Shown: positions 41,747 to 55,660 of the stretch, in pieces
How positions within the stretch are numbered: position 1 is the stretch's first letter
Layout of the letters: every line of letters starts with the position of its first letter
DNA from: Octopus vulgaris
Lineage: Eukaryota
Reading direction: 5' to 3'
NCBI GenBank assembly: GCA_951406725.2
Contig: OX597828.1
Coordinates: 37,386,001 to 37,450,000, forward strand
DNA length: 64,000 nucleotides
Program-made: the position numbers and the translations under genes
Notes under the pieces: model-generated
Databases searched by the model: none
Told to the model about the DNA's origin: nothing
Seen by the model: the letters and a program-made list of their open reading frames with translations, nothing else

Positions 41747-42479
41747 TAGATTTGGGTTGCCATGGAAACACGTGCATCTTTCTGTTCCTTATAATTTGGG
41801 ACTTTTACCAAGAGTAATTGAAGAAAATAAAAGCATTTCTTCTTATTCAGGGCATCATTTTGGATCGTTCTGAATGTCATCCATACTTGAAGAAAAACAT
41901 GTATTTTTGGACCTTTTTAGAACTGTAATCATCTTAAGATGGCTTTCTGCCAGAAGGACAACGCCCGTCATAAAAGTCAACTGAATGTTAAACCACAGAA
42001 ACAAATACCAACAACGACGACGACAACAACAGCAAAAACAACAATAATTCCACAGCAGGGTGTAACCATTCAAGAGAGAAAAAATTTTTTTTTTTTGTCA
42101 GATAACACTGATATTAACTGGAATATTTCCAATGATACACAGAGAACAACAAAAACATCAAGGTACATACACTTGCATGCATACGTTTTGCCGTCTGAAA
42201 TATAAAGTGAGAAATCATTAATTTTTCGTTCTCCAGCGCCGCCAGAAACACATATACAAAATATGGATCAGCTTGCTCAGAAAAAAATCTGAGTTGCAAA
42301 CTTTGGCAATTAGGAAAGGTATCTGCCGGAGACTTTCATCCTAGAGCATGAGATGCGGAAACTTACCTTTGAACCGCTAATAACAGACAAGTTTATCTTC
42401 TGACCTGAAAAGAAAAATTTCAACCCATCTTGGCTGACATGTAGAGCGGTGATTTTCCATTGGTTGAGGGAGGGGTAAA

Positions 42480-42690
42480 TAATCCTTCCTACTAAAGGCA
42501 CAAGGCCTGAAATTCAGGGGAGGGGTATTACTGGATTACATCAACTCCAGTGTTTCACCGGTACTTAATTTATCGACCTCGAAAGGATGAAATGCAAAGT
42601 CGACCTTGGCGGTATTTGAACTCAGAATGTAGCCACAGACAAAGTACGTCTAAGCATTTCGCCCGGCGTGCTAATGATTCTGCCAGCTCT
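42480..42690 (-). mobile_element. SINE family A
   Basis: aggcacaaggcctgaaatt..ggtacttaatttatcgacc..tttgaactcagaa..aagcatttcgcccggcgtgctaa..ctgccagct. Confidence 0.85.
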
Positions 42691-43049
42691 TAGGGTGGAG
42701 TAATTAATACAGGACACTGTGCTGAGTTTTTACAATGGAGTACAAATAAGGACACGCAAAGGGAACGACTGTGTTGTACACAATTATCCATAACTAAGTA
42801 TCGAGGTGATAGTAAGTCATGGATGAAGTGTGATGGCCACGACTTTGACACGCACGGCCATTAACAATGTGATACAGTGAGGGAATATGTTCAATGCGGG
42901 CTCAACAAAAAAGAACATGTGAAACTGCAAATGTTTTGACTGCCGAAAGGACCACAGAGCCATTCTGGAAACAAAGCTATTCTTGTGTGTGAATAAGGGA
43001 CAATTGAAGGCTTTTTACTCTGCGTATGATTGACCGCTTGCTCCAGAAG

Positions 43050-43215
43050 ATTTTGTTTATTCTCTCTCTGCTTATTTCATCGTGTTCCTTTCTATTGAAG
43101 AGCGTAGGCTCGAAATGTAAAACACTTTCTCACCTTCCCGAGCGTTAAACTTATACACCTGCTCGTTGTTTATACATCTGTCTTAATCTTTAGTTTGTCT
43201 GTAAATTTCAACTAT
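43050..43215 (+). mobile_element. Copy of the variant-hammerhead repeat (motif 43088-43123)
   Basis: CUUU-CUAUUGAA-GAGC guag GCUC-GAAAU-GUA; ends in (TA)n. Confidence 0.65.
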
Positions 43216-43223
43216 ATATATAC

Positions 43224-43290
<67 letters not shown>

Positions 43291-43301
43291 TATATACATA
43301 C

Positions 43302-43332
<31 letters not shown>

Positions 43333-43671
43333 CACATATATATATATACATATATATATATACATATACATACATTCATACACACACACAAATATATATA
43401 AATGTTTATAACTTTTTTTTCAACCTAAACATTGGAAGTTACAGGAAAAAAATTACAAATCGATGGTAAGTGCTTTTGACGGTAATTCAGATAGTTCAGG
43501 GTTAGGAACCTGTTGTCAGGAAATCTTCAGTGAAATGGTGTTGGGAGGTGGAGTCTCTGAAATGAGAATTATTGAAATATCAAATAAAAGTACAAACTCT
43601 CGACTTCCATTATGTTTTATAACTTGTATTCTTTTGGTTTTAGAACAAAAAATATTTAAAAAATATTAGTG

Positions 43672-43706
<35 letters not shown>

Positions 43707-43829
43707 ATACCAGGCAGTGCTTCATTTAAATTAAACTATTTGCGTGTGTGTATGTGTGTGTATAATTATTAACAACGGAAGCAGTATTAGTAACAAAAAT
43801 AAATGTTATATCCAGTTTAGCGTGGTCAC

Positions 43830-43912
<83 letters not shown>

Positions 43913-44033
43913 ATTAGAGATAAAACCACTATTAAGCAAATCAAACAGTGAAAATCATAAGCCAATACATAGAAATAAAATTAATAAAATATATAAAAAA
44001 TATAAAAAATATAAAATATAAAAAATATACAAT

Positions 44034-44262
44034 CCGTTTGTCTGTCCTTGTTTGTCCTCTCTGTGTTTAGCCCCTTGTGAGTAGTAAAGAAATAGGTATT
44101 TCATCTGCCGCTAAGTTCTGAGTTCAAACTTCGCCGAGGTTGACTTTGCCTTTCATCCATTTGGGGTCGATAAATTAAGTACCAGTTACGTACTAGAGTT
44201 GATCTAATCGACTGGCCCCTTTACCCCAAAATTTCAGTCTTTGTGCTTTGAGTAGAAAAGAA
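44034..44262 (+). mobile_element. Dimeric SINE A fragment: Tx1-like tail fused to a second SINE body
   Basis: ccgtttgtctgtcc..agtaaagaaata is joined to ggtatttcatctgccgct..gagtagaaaag. Confidence 0.75.
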
Positions 44263-45675
44263 TAAAATATAATAGAATGAATAGTAAAAAAAAAACCCTG
44301 AAAATTTAACGCTGTTCACAACTGTCAACCGAGATGGTTATGAAGACCTATATGAATCAAGGCTCAGGGGAGATATATCCTAGGCCTTTCTCTCACTTGC
44401 TCGATCAATGTATTTACGGGACGTATCGAAATAGCTTGATTTAATAAGGAAATAACCTGAAACTATACCAGAGGTAAAACAAATATTTCAAACAAAGATG
44501 TACACGAGGCCAGCTTGTGTATATATTTGCATGACAATCAAGAAACCTCCAAGCCAAGACTTGTATATAACAAAATAATAAGAAACACAAATATTTATTT
44601 GAAGAATTCTTTAATATTCGAAAAATACGATGAATATTTCCAATAGAAATATTGTGCATATTCCATGACTGGAAACTATTTTCTCCTTTTCTTTTTGGTT
44701 TTCTATTTTTTTCGTTTATTTCACTTCGATAAGATTCGGTTTATGTAGTCTTATGATCAAAATGGTCTCCATTTCTTTGTTAATACATTGATCCACCATA
44801 ATATTCGATTTATTTACTTTTATTATCGAATTGCACACCAATTCTATGCTAATCCATCGATTCACTTATCTTTTAATATGCCGGAGTCACCAGGGATAGT
44901 GGAGAGATTGACACCAACAAAGAACATGGCAGGTGAAAGTCAATAAGAAAGAAAAGTTAATTCCAATCTATTTATTTCAAGTATACATTCCGTTAGGCGC
45001 GTGTGCTTGTGTGTGTGTGTGTGTGTGTGTGTGATATGTTTGAGTTTGTGCGTGATTATATATTCATATATCCAGTTACGTATATTATATATTCATATAT
45101 CCGTACGTGCGTGTACACACGTATACGTGTGTGTGTATGCATATATGTATTTACACGTACACAGACACTAGTGGAAAAGAAACGAGAGGATGAATGGAAA
45201 GAATGATATAGTGTAAGATATAAGGAGAAAGAATGCATGTGTATAAGTGTGTGTATGTGTGTGCGTGTGCGTGTGTGATAGAGAGAAAGAAAGGTAGTGA
45301 GAGAAGAAACGTTATGGAGGAGGTTGAAACAAACCGTAGCATACCTCGAGCTGTTTACTTAAATAACCGAGGAAACAAAAGCCGTGAGTTATCTTCATGT
45401 CTATATGACTCACTGTAGCTGATATGATGATATCTAATAAATAAATAATATAACAATCAGCATCGGAAACAGCATTTTGTAGTGGTGGTGTTCGTATCAA
45501 TAACAATTTTTGATCTGCTGTATATCCACCTGCAAAACCCGATATCTATTGTTGAAGGTTCAAGTGAAAAGTATAGAAAGCCATGATATAATAAAACTTT
45601 CTAAAATATTATTAAACTGCTGATGACAACCCACTAAGGTTAAAAAATCAAATTAAAGCTGTTCTTCATGTTATA

Positions 45676-45831
45676 GGCATAGGAGTAGCTGTGTGGTAAG
45701 TAGCTTGCTAACCAACTACATGGTTCCGGGTTCAGCCCCACTGCGTGGCAACTTGGGCAAGTGTCTTCTACTTTAGCCTTGGGTTGACCAAAGTCTTGTG
45801 AGTGGATTTGGTAGACGGAAACTCAAAGAAG

Positions 45832-45926
<95 letters not shown>

Positions 45927-46125
45927 TGTGTGTGTGTGTTTGTGTGTCTGTGTTTGTCCCCCCAACATCGCTTGACAACCGATGCTGGTGTGTTTACGTC
46001 CCCCTTATCTAGCGGTTCGGCAAAAGATACCGATATAATAAGTACTAGGCTTACAAAGAATAAGTCCTGGGGTCGAATTTGCTCCAGCATGACCGCAGTC
46101 AAATGACTGAAACAAGTAAAAGAGT
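45676..46125 (+). mobile_element. SINE family B, full-length
   Basis: Head, CORE-like motif, long internal (TA)n(TG)n and gtaaaagagt tail. Confidence 0.85.
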
Positions 46126-46371
46126 AAATATAAATAAGCAGTGCAAAAACAAATATAAGGACAGTGACTATGAGGATGATGATGATTGTTTCTAATATAG
46201 GCACATAGCCTGAAATTTTGAAGGGGAGAGTTTTGTCGATTGCGTCGACCCCTGTGCATGACAGGTACTTTATTTTATTCATACGAAAGAAGAAAATGAT
46301 AAATTTAACCTCGTTTGAATGCTTTCTATGCGTTAACGACTCTGTTGATAATAATAATAATAATAATAATG

Positions 46372-46408
<37 letters not shown>

Positions 46409-46496
46409 CAACAACAACAACAACAACGACGACGACGACAACGACGACGACAACGACGACGACGACGACGATGATGATGATGCTGATGATAATAAT

Positions 46497-46870
46497 GAGC
46501 AGCTACAAAGATCTTGAAACAGAAATTAACAAAATGTGGATCCTCAAGACTGGGACAATACCTATTGTCATAGGTGCATTGGGAATGATAGCAAAAGGAG
46601 CCTTTGCTAAAAGTGGTAGAAATTTTTTTTTAAAATAGTGTTCATGGGATCTGTCCATATCCTACGAAATATACTATCTATGTAAGTTAAATTCTAAAAG
46701 AAACATAACCTTCATATGTTTTAAACATTCCCATGACCAATACTTTGTGCAAAACCAAATATATGGCACCTTAATCATAACACCAACTTGAACTTCTAAC
46801 CTGTTGTCTCTTGAGGTCTCTTGGTGAGACTTGGCGTCAACTTGTACAAAGCAAAATTCAAATATATAAT
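46497..46870 (+). pseudogene. R4-like LINE 3' fragment after (AAT)n(AAC)n(GAC)n
   Basis: YKDLETEINKMWILKTGTIPIVIGALGMIAKG..KIVFMGSVHILRNILSM*, parallel to the end of the 28842 ORF. Confidence 0.85.
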
Positions 46871-46879
46871 GATAATAAT

Positions 46880-47066
46880 AATCCTTTCTACTCGTAGTAC
46901 AAGGCTTCAAATTCGGTGGAAGGGATTAAATCAATTACATCGACCCTAGTATGTGATTGGTAGTAATTTAATCGACTCTGAAAGTCAACCTTGGAGAAAT
47001 TTGAACTCAGAAGTGATAGTTAAGTATTTCGGTCGGCGTGTTAACGATTCTGCCAGCTCGCCGCCT
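46880..47066 (-). mobile_element. SINE family A
   Basis: aatcctttctact..tttgaactcagaa..taacgattctgccagctcgccgcc. Confidence 0.75.
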
Positions 47067-48134
47067 GAATGATAATAATAATGACAATAATTTAGTTTAA
47101 TGGACGTGGTGAAAACAATGACTAATAGTATTGGCCTTTGAATTACACTAAAAAAATCATGTCGTCGCCATTTTTTGTTTTATTATTGTACACAAGCAAC
47201 GTAGCTCCGCTAATAAAACAGATTTTAGAACTTAAAACAAATGTTTCAGGTGATAAAACATAATGTATTATATAGCAAAAGTCTTTGTTATTTTTCATAC
47301 AAGTTTCTCTCGGGAGATTCTATTTTTACCATAGATTTTTAAAATCATTTTTCATTATATATTTTCTTGTCCAAGCATTAAAAACAATGTTTGTAGTTTA
47401 TTATAAATTATTGTATAATGTAAATTATGAGTCTTTTTTTTTACTTTCTTTTTATTTGTTGTTACTGATATGTGCATTAATTCCTGATATCTGTAGTTCA
47501 AACAGTTTGAAGAGAGAAAAAAGAATAGAAATCAAAAACAGAGAGCTAGTTTTTCTTTTTGCTAGTCATAAGTTTAGTTAAACAGAATGGACATCTGTAT
47601 TATTTTTGATGATGAACAAGAATCAACGTGACAATGACTGAAAAAGTAGTCTTTTCAATTCTTTGCATATTCCAGGCTATGTGCTACCATATTGCTCTCG
47701 AGATAACAGTTAATCTGACGATACAGCAGTAGGTCTTTCTCCAAGATGCTGCGAAATGAATACAAACCCACGCACATACGCGCCAACGCGTACACACACA
47801 CACACATGCATCTACATACACAGATATACACAAACATACGCAGGTGTATAAATATAAACAGAGATATATGTGAATGTATGTACACACACATGTGTCGTCT
47901 TTGCATTTGCCCTTAACTGGCGTGGGTTTCTTTATGAAACTTAGCAGTTACACACACTCACACGCATACACACACACACTCACACACACACATATATATA
48001 TCATGTAATATATAATGTAATATATGGTCCAAGGAGTTGTGAACTAGCTGGAAACGTACGAGGATGGGACTATATAATATATATACGTATATACAATACA
48101 TACACAAGAGATACAATATATATAATAAATATAT

Positions 48135-49020
48135 CTCCAGGTAGTTCCCCTTTCTCGGACTTCTCTAAGAGGTCACACACTTCCTCAGAAATTTCCAGGA
48201 AGTACAACCACTTCACCGGATTATTCCGGGTAATGCAGACACTCTACTCAGACGTTTCAAGGAGGTTCATCCTCCTCGGTCATTTCCAGGATATTCATCC
48301 CATCCTGAGACTTTCACAGAAAGTCCCCTCAGATGTTTCCAGGAAGTGCACTGCATCCTTGGACATTCCCAAAAAGTCCACCCATCCTAGGGACTCTTCC
48401 AGGAAGTTCCTATATCATTTCCAGAAGGTCCACCACATCCTCAGACTTTTCAGGAAGTTCCCATATCATTTTCCCGGAAGTTCACCCCATCCTCGGAATT
48501 TTCCAGGAAGTCCATCCCATCCTAGGAACTTCCAGGAAGTTACCTCGGAATTTTCCTAGGATGTCCACCCCTCCTCGGATTTTTCCAAGTAGGTCTCGTC
48601 ATCTTTTCCCAGGAAGTCCTCCCAACACTCGGCTTGTTTTAGAAAGCCTACCTCTCCTCGGTCTTTTCCAGGAAGAGCTCTCCTCATTTTCAAGGAAGTC
48701 CACCCCACACCAGGATTTTCCAGCAATTTCCTTGGAGTTTTCCAGGAAGTTCCCATCTCATTTCCTGAAAGTCCACCATATCCTCGGACTCTTCCAGGAA
48801 GTCCATCATACCCTCTGAGTTTTCCAAGAAGTTACCATTCTCATTTTCCATGAAGTCACCCCATCCTCGGACTTTTCCAGGAAAGTCCCTCGGATTTTTA
48901 CTGGAAACCCATCCCTTCTCGGACTTTTCCAGGGAGTTCACCCATCCTCAGATATTTCCAGGAAGCTCCATCGGAGTTTTACAGGAAGTCTACCCCTCCT
49001 GCGGACTTTCTCAAAAAGGT
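48135..49020. repeat. Degenerate minisatellite (~20-30 bp units, core ggacttttccaggaagtccacccatcctc)
   Basis: Ten exact TTCCAGGAA plus variants; the overlapping P/S/F-rich ORFs are artefacts of the repeat. Confidence 0.85.
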
Positions 49021-49483
49021 TCTCTCTCTCTCTATATATCCCAGGCTTAAAAAATAACACCTGGGGACGATTCATTCAGCAAAAAATTCTCCAAGGTTTT
49101 GTCCTAGTATAGATGCCGTCTAAAAGATAAGAGGACAAGAGGGAAAACAAATCTATACGCCAAAATTTAATCGTTGCCTCGAAGGATCATGTAAGCTTGC
49201 CTTATAAATGGCAAATTGTGAAAAAGTAACTTCAGCAGAAAAGGAGATTAGTGCCAGATTACATATATATACATACATTACACACAACACATACACACAC
49301 ACACCACATACACACATGTACATAATACACAGACTACTGCATCTCTCTCCGTTTCTTTCTTTCTTTCTCTCACCATTTTCCCGCCTCAGTCGTTTCTCAC
49401 AAAACGACAAAGACTTTTCCACTTTTCTCTCAACTGTCTGGCTTTTGTTTCCTGAAAATTTAAAATAAATATATATATATAAG

Positions 49484-49530
<47 letters not shown>

Positions 49531-49667
49531 CTTAAAAACAAGGGCAAAAGAAAAATTCTAATGCCAAATATGCCGAAAAGCGACTTAAATCGTCAATAAC
49601 CATATAATTAATCACTATAGGCACGCGTCTCAAAGTAAGCCGACAGAAATTTCAAAAAATTCCGTTA

Positions 49668-49728
49668 TTATCGATTCGATTCCGATCTCAGAGTTAATTC
49701 ATAGGAATTTTCTCCTCGTCAGCGATAA
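49668..49728 (-). ncRNA. Degenerate type I hammerhead
   Basis: Minus strand: stem I UUAUCG/CGAUAA, CUGACGA, stem II GGAG..AAUUC/GAAUU..CUCU, GAGA in place of GAAA, stem III UCG/CGA. Two core substitutions. Confidence 0.5.
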
Positions 49729-49754
49729 ATAAGGTAAGAAATAAATAGCATTAA

Positions 49755-49861
<107 letters not shown>

Positions 49862-49874
49862 TAGATATATACGT

Positions 49875-50253
49875 GGAGGCGCAATGGCCCAGTGGTTAGG
49901 GTAGCCGTCTCGCGGTCGGAGGATCGAAGTTTCGAACCCCAGACCGGGCGTTGTGAGTGTTTACTGAACGAAAGCAAGTAAGCTCCACGCGGCTCCGGCA
50001 GGGGATGGGGTGGTGAACCCTGCTGTACTCTTTCAACACAACTTTCTCTCACTCTGACTTTTTGTATGTGTTATACACGTATTTCAAAGGAGCCAGCCTT
50101 GTAACATACTGTCACGCTAAATCTTTCCGAGAACTACGTTAAGGGTACACGTATCTGTGGAGTACTCAGCCACTTGCACGTTAATTTCACGAGCAGGCTG
50201 TTTCCGTTGATCGATCAAATGGGACCCTCGTCATCGTAACCAACGGAGTGCCA
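49875..50253 (+). mobile_element. tRNA-derived SINE family D
   Basis: tggcccagtggttagg A-box and gtttcgaacccc B-box, followed by a ~300 bp non-tRNA body. Confidence 0.75.
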
Positions 50254-50276
50254 CGATACATACATGCATATGAATA

Positions 50277-50511
50277 TTGGGTTGTCCGGAAAGTTCATGC
50301 ACAAGTGCCGAAAATGAACTTTCTTCCATTTTAAAGGGTTACAAAATTAACGCAGCTTATAGGAATATAAAACTTCTTCCACGAAAAGATAGTTTAAACT
50401 GTGCTGTAAATGGAGGTGTAGTCAAATCCTATTTTATGGACTTAACCGTGTTCTAAAATAAGTCGAAAGGTAAGCTACAATAAATCGGCACGAACTTTCC
50501 GGACAACCCAA
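50277..50511. mobile_element. Mariner-type MITE
   Basis: TIRs ttgggttgtccggaaagttcatgc / gcacgaactttccggacaacccaa; TA on both sides. Confidence 0.9.
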
Positions 50512-50839
50512 TATAAATATCAAAATATACATACATAAATATGTGAGTGGGTGTATGAATATAGTGCGCTGCAGCCAGTTATAGTAAATCGGATAACACT
50601 TTCATCATAGACAAATCTAATCTCTAGAGAAGAGTTAATTTTAGTTAATCTTATATTATTTTTATGTATAACTCAATGAAGCAACATTCTACAATGTTCC
50701 ATTTTAGCATTTTGCACCCTTGTTTTTTTTTTTTACTTCATGGTTTTACGTAGTGTTCCCTTATTCATTTATCTTTTAATTTTTTACTTGATATAATGAA
50801 ATTTTGTATGCATGCTTGATTGTGTGTCTCACTAGTTTG

Positions 50840-50890
<51 letters not shown>

Positions 50891-50992
50891 ATATGTCTAT
50901 ATATATATATATATACATACATATACATGCTTCATTTACTACCTTACTATTATACACACACACACATACGCATGCATACGTGCACATATGCT

Positions 50993-51024
<32 letters not shown>

Positions 51025-51325
51025 TGCATATACATATATATATATAGATAAATAAATAAATATATATATATGTAAAGAGAGAGACAGAGAATACATACAT
51101 ATACATACATACATACATACATTCATACATACATTCATACATACATACATAGATAGATACATATACATACATGCATATAGCGTATCTTCTCCTGAAACAT
51201 CTCCGACACTTCACTAGTATCTTCTCAGCTAACATCATGCTGTAGATAACATATCTATGAAAAGATAAGCTTCTTTGGAATTGGTGTGTTTAGCGAAGTG
51301 TTTAATTACGCAGATGGAAGAGAAA

Positions 51326-51361
<36 letters not shown>

Positions 51362-51924
51362 GGGATCGACCGAATATAGAGAAGAGAGGGGGAAAAGGGA
51401 GAGGTAGAAATAAGCACACAGGAAGATAATGAAGAAGAAAACCAAATCCACACATGTCACTAGATAAAATAACTAAAAACTAAAAAAAGAAGAAAAAAAA
51501 CAACCAATCGTACAAACACGCAGACATATTTTGGAATGAAGCATAAGAAAGACATCGCAAGCAATTATCTAGTCATGAGAGAGCTCAAACAAAATTCAAA
51601 GAAGCGTTATTTTAATTTAACAGTCGACCATTAAACGCTGGTGTCTAAATTACGTCTGCAAGAAGTGATTGCTGTGTTACATGCAACAGCCATTTTTAAT
51701 TCTCATTTTTATTTTATCTTCGATTGTTGTTTACTTGTTATCGTTGTTTATCAGTTATTATTTGTTTGTTTGTTAGTCTGTAACGCTTTACTATGTTTGG
51801 TCCCCGTTATCTTTTTCTGTTTTTCTACCTTTTTTTGCGTTCCTTCGATCTTTCCTCATTTCTTCTCTGTTGTTCAACATGCAGACATGCATACATACAT
51901 AGATACTTATACACGTGCATAATA

Positions 51925-51936
51925 CATCTATCTGTG

Positions 51937-52026
<90 letters not shown>

Positions 52027-52084
52027 CCTACCTATCTATCTATCTATCTATCTATTTAATCTATCTAAATGTCTGTCTGTCTAC

Positions 52085-52173
<89 letters not shown>

Positions 52174-52194
52174 CATCCATCCATCCATCCATCC

Positions 52195-52244
<50 letters not shown>

Positions 52245-52268
52245 ATATCTATCTATCTATCCAATCTA

Positions 52269-52325
<57 letters not shown>
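51925..52325. repeat. (CTAT)n/(CCAT)n microsatellite
   Basis: Read directly. Confidence 0.95.
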
Positions 52326-52353
52326 ATCTAATATATGATCTGAGTGTCTGTGA

Positions 52354-52428
<75 letters not shown>

Positions 52429-52502
52429 CATATATATATATGTATATATCTATATACATACAAAAACACACACACATACTTATATATACATACATCTATA
52501 TG

Positions 52503-52807
52503 TAGGCGACTCGGCTGACTCAAATGCATTTGAGTCATAAGTCAGCATGTGGGTCTTTAAGCGCTTTATATTGTGAAACCAAAGGTCACTCTATGGCCGA
52601 CCATGACCTTTAACCTCCTAATGTGTGTGCGCGTGTGTGCGTGCTTGTGTTGTGTGTGCACGCGAGTGTTATATCGATATAAAAATGGCGAAATATCGAC
52701 ATCCATCACTCTTGAACGGAACTAGAGGCAGTTGACTTACCAGTCCATGACTTTCATGTTTTAACACGTACCGCTATGAGGATGGCATATATACAAAACA
52801 CCCATAT

Positions 52808-52843
<36 letters not shown>

Positions 52844-53290
52844 AGAGAGTAAAAGAGAGAAAAAGAGAGAGAGTATATATACAATATGACAATATGGGTG
52901 TTTTGTATGTATACCACCCTCATAGCGGGACTTGTTAAAACATGAATGTCATGGACTGGTAAGTCAACTCGCCTCCAGTTACGTTCAAGAGTGTTGGATG
53001 TCGATATTTCGCCATTTTTATATCGATATAACTACGCGCGTAATCCCCCCTACGCGCGCACGCACACATACACACACACACACATATTAGGAAGTTAAAG
53101 TTTATGATCGGTCATAGAGTGACCTTTGGTTTCACACATATAAAGCGCTTAGCAGTATAAGACGACTCCTGGAACCTACATGCTGACTCAAATACGTTTG
53201 AGTCTGACGAGTCGCCTATACTACTAGGCGCTTTATAATTGCGAAATTAACGGTCACTCTATGACAGGCCATGACTTTAAACTTCCTAAA
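52503..53290. mobile_element. ~715 bp fold-back element (arms ~310 bp) plus a third partial copy
   Basis: 52503-52810 is inverted against 52889-53218, with a (TA)/(GA) spacer; 53228-53289 repeats 52561-52621. Confidence 0.85.
53200..53259 (+). ncRNA. Putative type I hammerhead spanning the fold-back edge
   Basis: Stem I GAGU/ACUC; CUGACGA 53204-10; CGCCUA/UAGGCG hairpin; GAAA 53243-46; GUC 53253-55. The sister copy at 52575-91 has the perfect GAAACC-aaa-GGUC-ACUC. Confidence 0.5.
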
Positions 53291-53349
53291 ATATACGGTA
53301 GTTCTAATGCATTAAAGTGAGCTTTCTTATCGGATATATGAACTACTGA

Positions 53350-53512
53350 GGAGGAATGGCTGTGTGGTAAGTAGCTTGCTTCCCATCCACATGGTTCCGG
53401 GTTCAGTCCCACTGCATGGCAACTTAGGCAAGTGTCTTCTACTATAGCATTGGGCCGACCAAAACCATGTGAGTGAGTAGATTTTGTAGACGAATACTGA
53501 AAGCAGCCCGTC

Positions 53513-53559
<47 letters not shown>

Positions 53560-53760
53560 TATATATGTCTGTGTATGTGTGTGTTTGTCCTACCAACATC
53601 GCTTAATAACCTATGGTGGTGTATTTACGTCACCGTAACGTCACCGTAACTAGAATAAGTACTGAGCTTACAAACAATAAGACCCGGGGTTGATTTGTTC
53701 GACGAAAGGCGGTGCTGTGGCATGGCTGCAGTCAAATGACTGAAACAAGTAAAAGAATAA
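53350..53760 (+). mobile_element. SINE family B
   Basis: tggctgtgtggtaag..ggttcagtcccactg..(TA)n..gactgaaacaagtaaaagaat. Confidence 0.85.
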
Positions 53761-53934
53761 TGTATAATATATAAATAAATAAAAAATTCAGTGAAATCCG
53801 TGAAGGTAGATTCAGTAGATGTAGTGGTAATCCAGGTGGAGTGCTGGCATGTGGATGAGGAGAGGTGCTGAAAGTTTGGGAAGTGGTTCAGATATGCAAA
53901 TCCAAAGAATAAGAAGTTCAGTCGTGATCTTCAT

Positions 53935-54084
53935 TCTATTTCTGCTTATTTTCTCTTATTCCTTTCTGTTGAAGAGCGTAGGCTCGAAACGTAAATGACT
54001 TTTTCATTTTTCCCTAGTGTCAAACTCGCTTGTTGTTCATAGACCTGTCTTCGTCGTTTGTTTTTCTATAAATTTCAACTACAT

Positions 54085-54085
<1 letters not shown>
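53935..54085 (+). mobile_element. Copy of the variant-hammerhead repeat (motif 53962-53997)
   Basis: CUUU-CUGUUGAA-GAGC guag GCUC-GAAAC-GUA. Confidence 0.65.
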
Positions 54086-54134
<49 letters not shown>

Positions 54135-55499
54135 GCATAGTTACATATACCCTCCCCCCACACATATCTACACAGACACGCATAAATACATGAGGTGGAT
54201 GTGGCATTCGTTAGAGACACGCTTGGTTGAATGACAACTGGCAACTTTTTATCATTCAGTGTTGTTAATCTGTTGTCTTACTGGTAGCAAGTTTACGACA
54301 GAACAATACTTCTGGGACCCTACCATTTGATATACATGCATTCATTTATACATAAATAGTAAAGTGCGCTCCTTTCTGTGCAGATTCCCGCAGCCAAATT
54401 CACGCACAGTACATTGGTTACATGAGAAGATAGTGAGACAAAATACTGTGCACGGAGAATAGACCTGGCGCCATGTTGTTGCGAAGCAATCTTGTTGACT
54501 ACACCCCACTATAGTTGTGGTTAACGCACAGACAATATTGCGCGTAATATACACATATTTCTGTAATGTCGGTGTCTCTGTCTGCTCACAGCTCGTGAGC
54601 TGAAACTAGATAAAATAAATAAATAAAATTATAAAATAATATATATATATATATATAGATAGATAGATAGATAGATATACATACATAATACATATATTTA
54701 TGTATATAAAGATGCATGTATATATATGCGAATATATTCGTTTATATATGCATACATCTACATTCATATCCATTTCTATGTGTGCGTATATTTATATCTA
54801 TACATACACATAGATATACACATACATGCGTATATATATATATATATATCTATCAATTTGTATGTGCGTGTTTGTGTGCATGTGTGGCTGTGTGCACAAC
54901 AGATACAAAAACACACGCTCACACACATACACACATATTTCTACATATGTTAATATATGCTATTAAGCATATCATTCATACAAGATAAAAGATGCGAACA
55001 TATGTTTCTTTAACCAAATTACTTTGAGATATTTTTCAAAAATAAAAATTGCCTTCCTGTATTCTCATTATCAGATAAAAATATATTTAACTGCCAAGAG
55101 TAACGTTTATAGATCTAAGAATCTACCACTGATTTATTCCTAAATATTATGTGACCGAAATTATCAAGTTTAATCGTAGTCTGTTACAGTTGAACGTAAG
55201 AAGTATAATTCAATGTACAATACATATAATGAGGTTTGGTCTTTGATTAAAGTGAGATTTTAAGATGCGGCTTAGTCTTCGTTAAATCGTTGACCGACAG
55301 ATAGTAAATGGCTTGCTTCACAACTGCATAGGCGGGTTGGTTAGCCCCGCGGCGTAGCTCCTTATGTAAGTGTTGCGTATTAGAAAATAGCCCTGGGCTG
55401 ACGCAAGCCTTATGAGCGGATGATTTCGTATACTGAATCTGAAAGAAACCGGTCACACGTGCCCGCGCACACATACAGACATATACACACACACATATA

Positions 55500-55660
55500 T
55501 AGTTCAAATTTACAGAAAACACGTAAGACGAAGGCAGATGTTTTAGCTTCACGCTCGGTAAGAATGGAAAGGGCTTCGATGTTTCGTCCCTACGCTCTTC
55601 GAAAGAAAGGATTGAGAGGAAAAATATGGAGACAGAAAGGAAAAAAAAAAGATGTCGAGA
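55500..55660 (-). mobile_element. Copy of the variant-hammerhead repeat, diverged
   Basis: Minus strand CUUU-CUUUCGAA-GAGC guag GGAC-GAAAC-AUC-GAAG. Confidence 0.55.

Noticed and set aside
44400-44670. Penelope RT thumb-like YLHDN..LVY..IIR
   Set aside because: Similarity is too weak to call by eye.
45620-45650. CTGATGA-C-AACC..GGTT-AAAA
   Set aside because: GAAA is lost and there is no stem I or III; at best a fossil.
48233-49050. Overlapping 66-161 aa ORFs, or a CRISPR-like array
   Set aside because: Units are degenerate tandem repeats without unique spacers or cas genes, in a eukaryotic context.
49875-49950. tRNA gene
   Set aside because: It has A and B boxes but no proper acceptor stem and continues into a SINE body.
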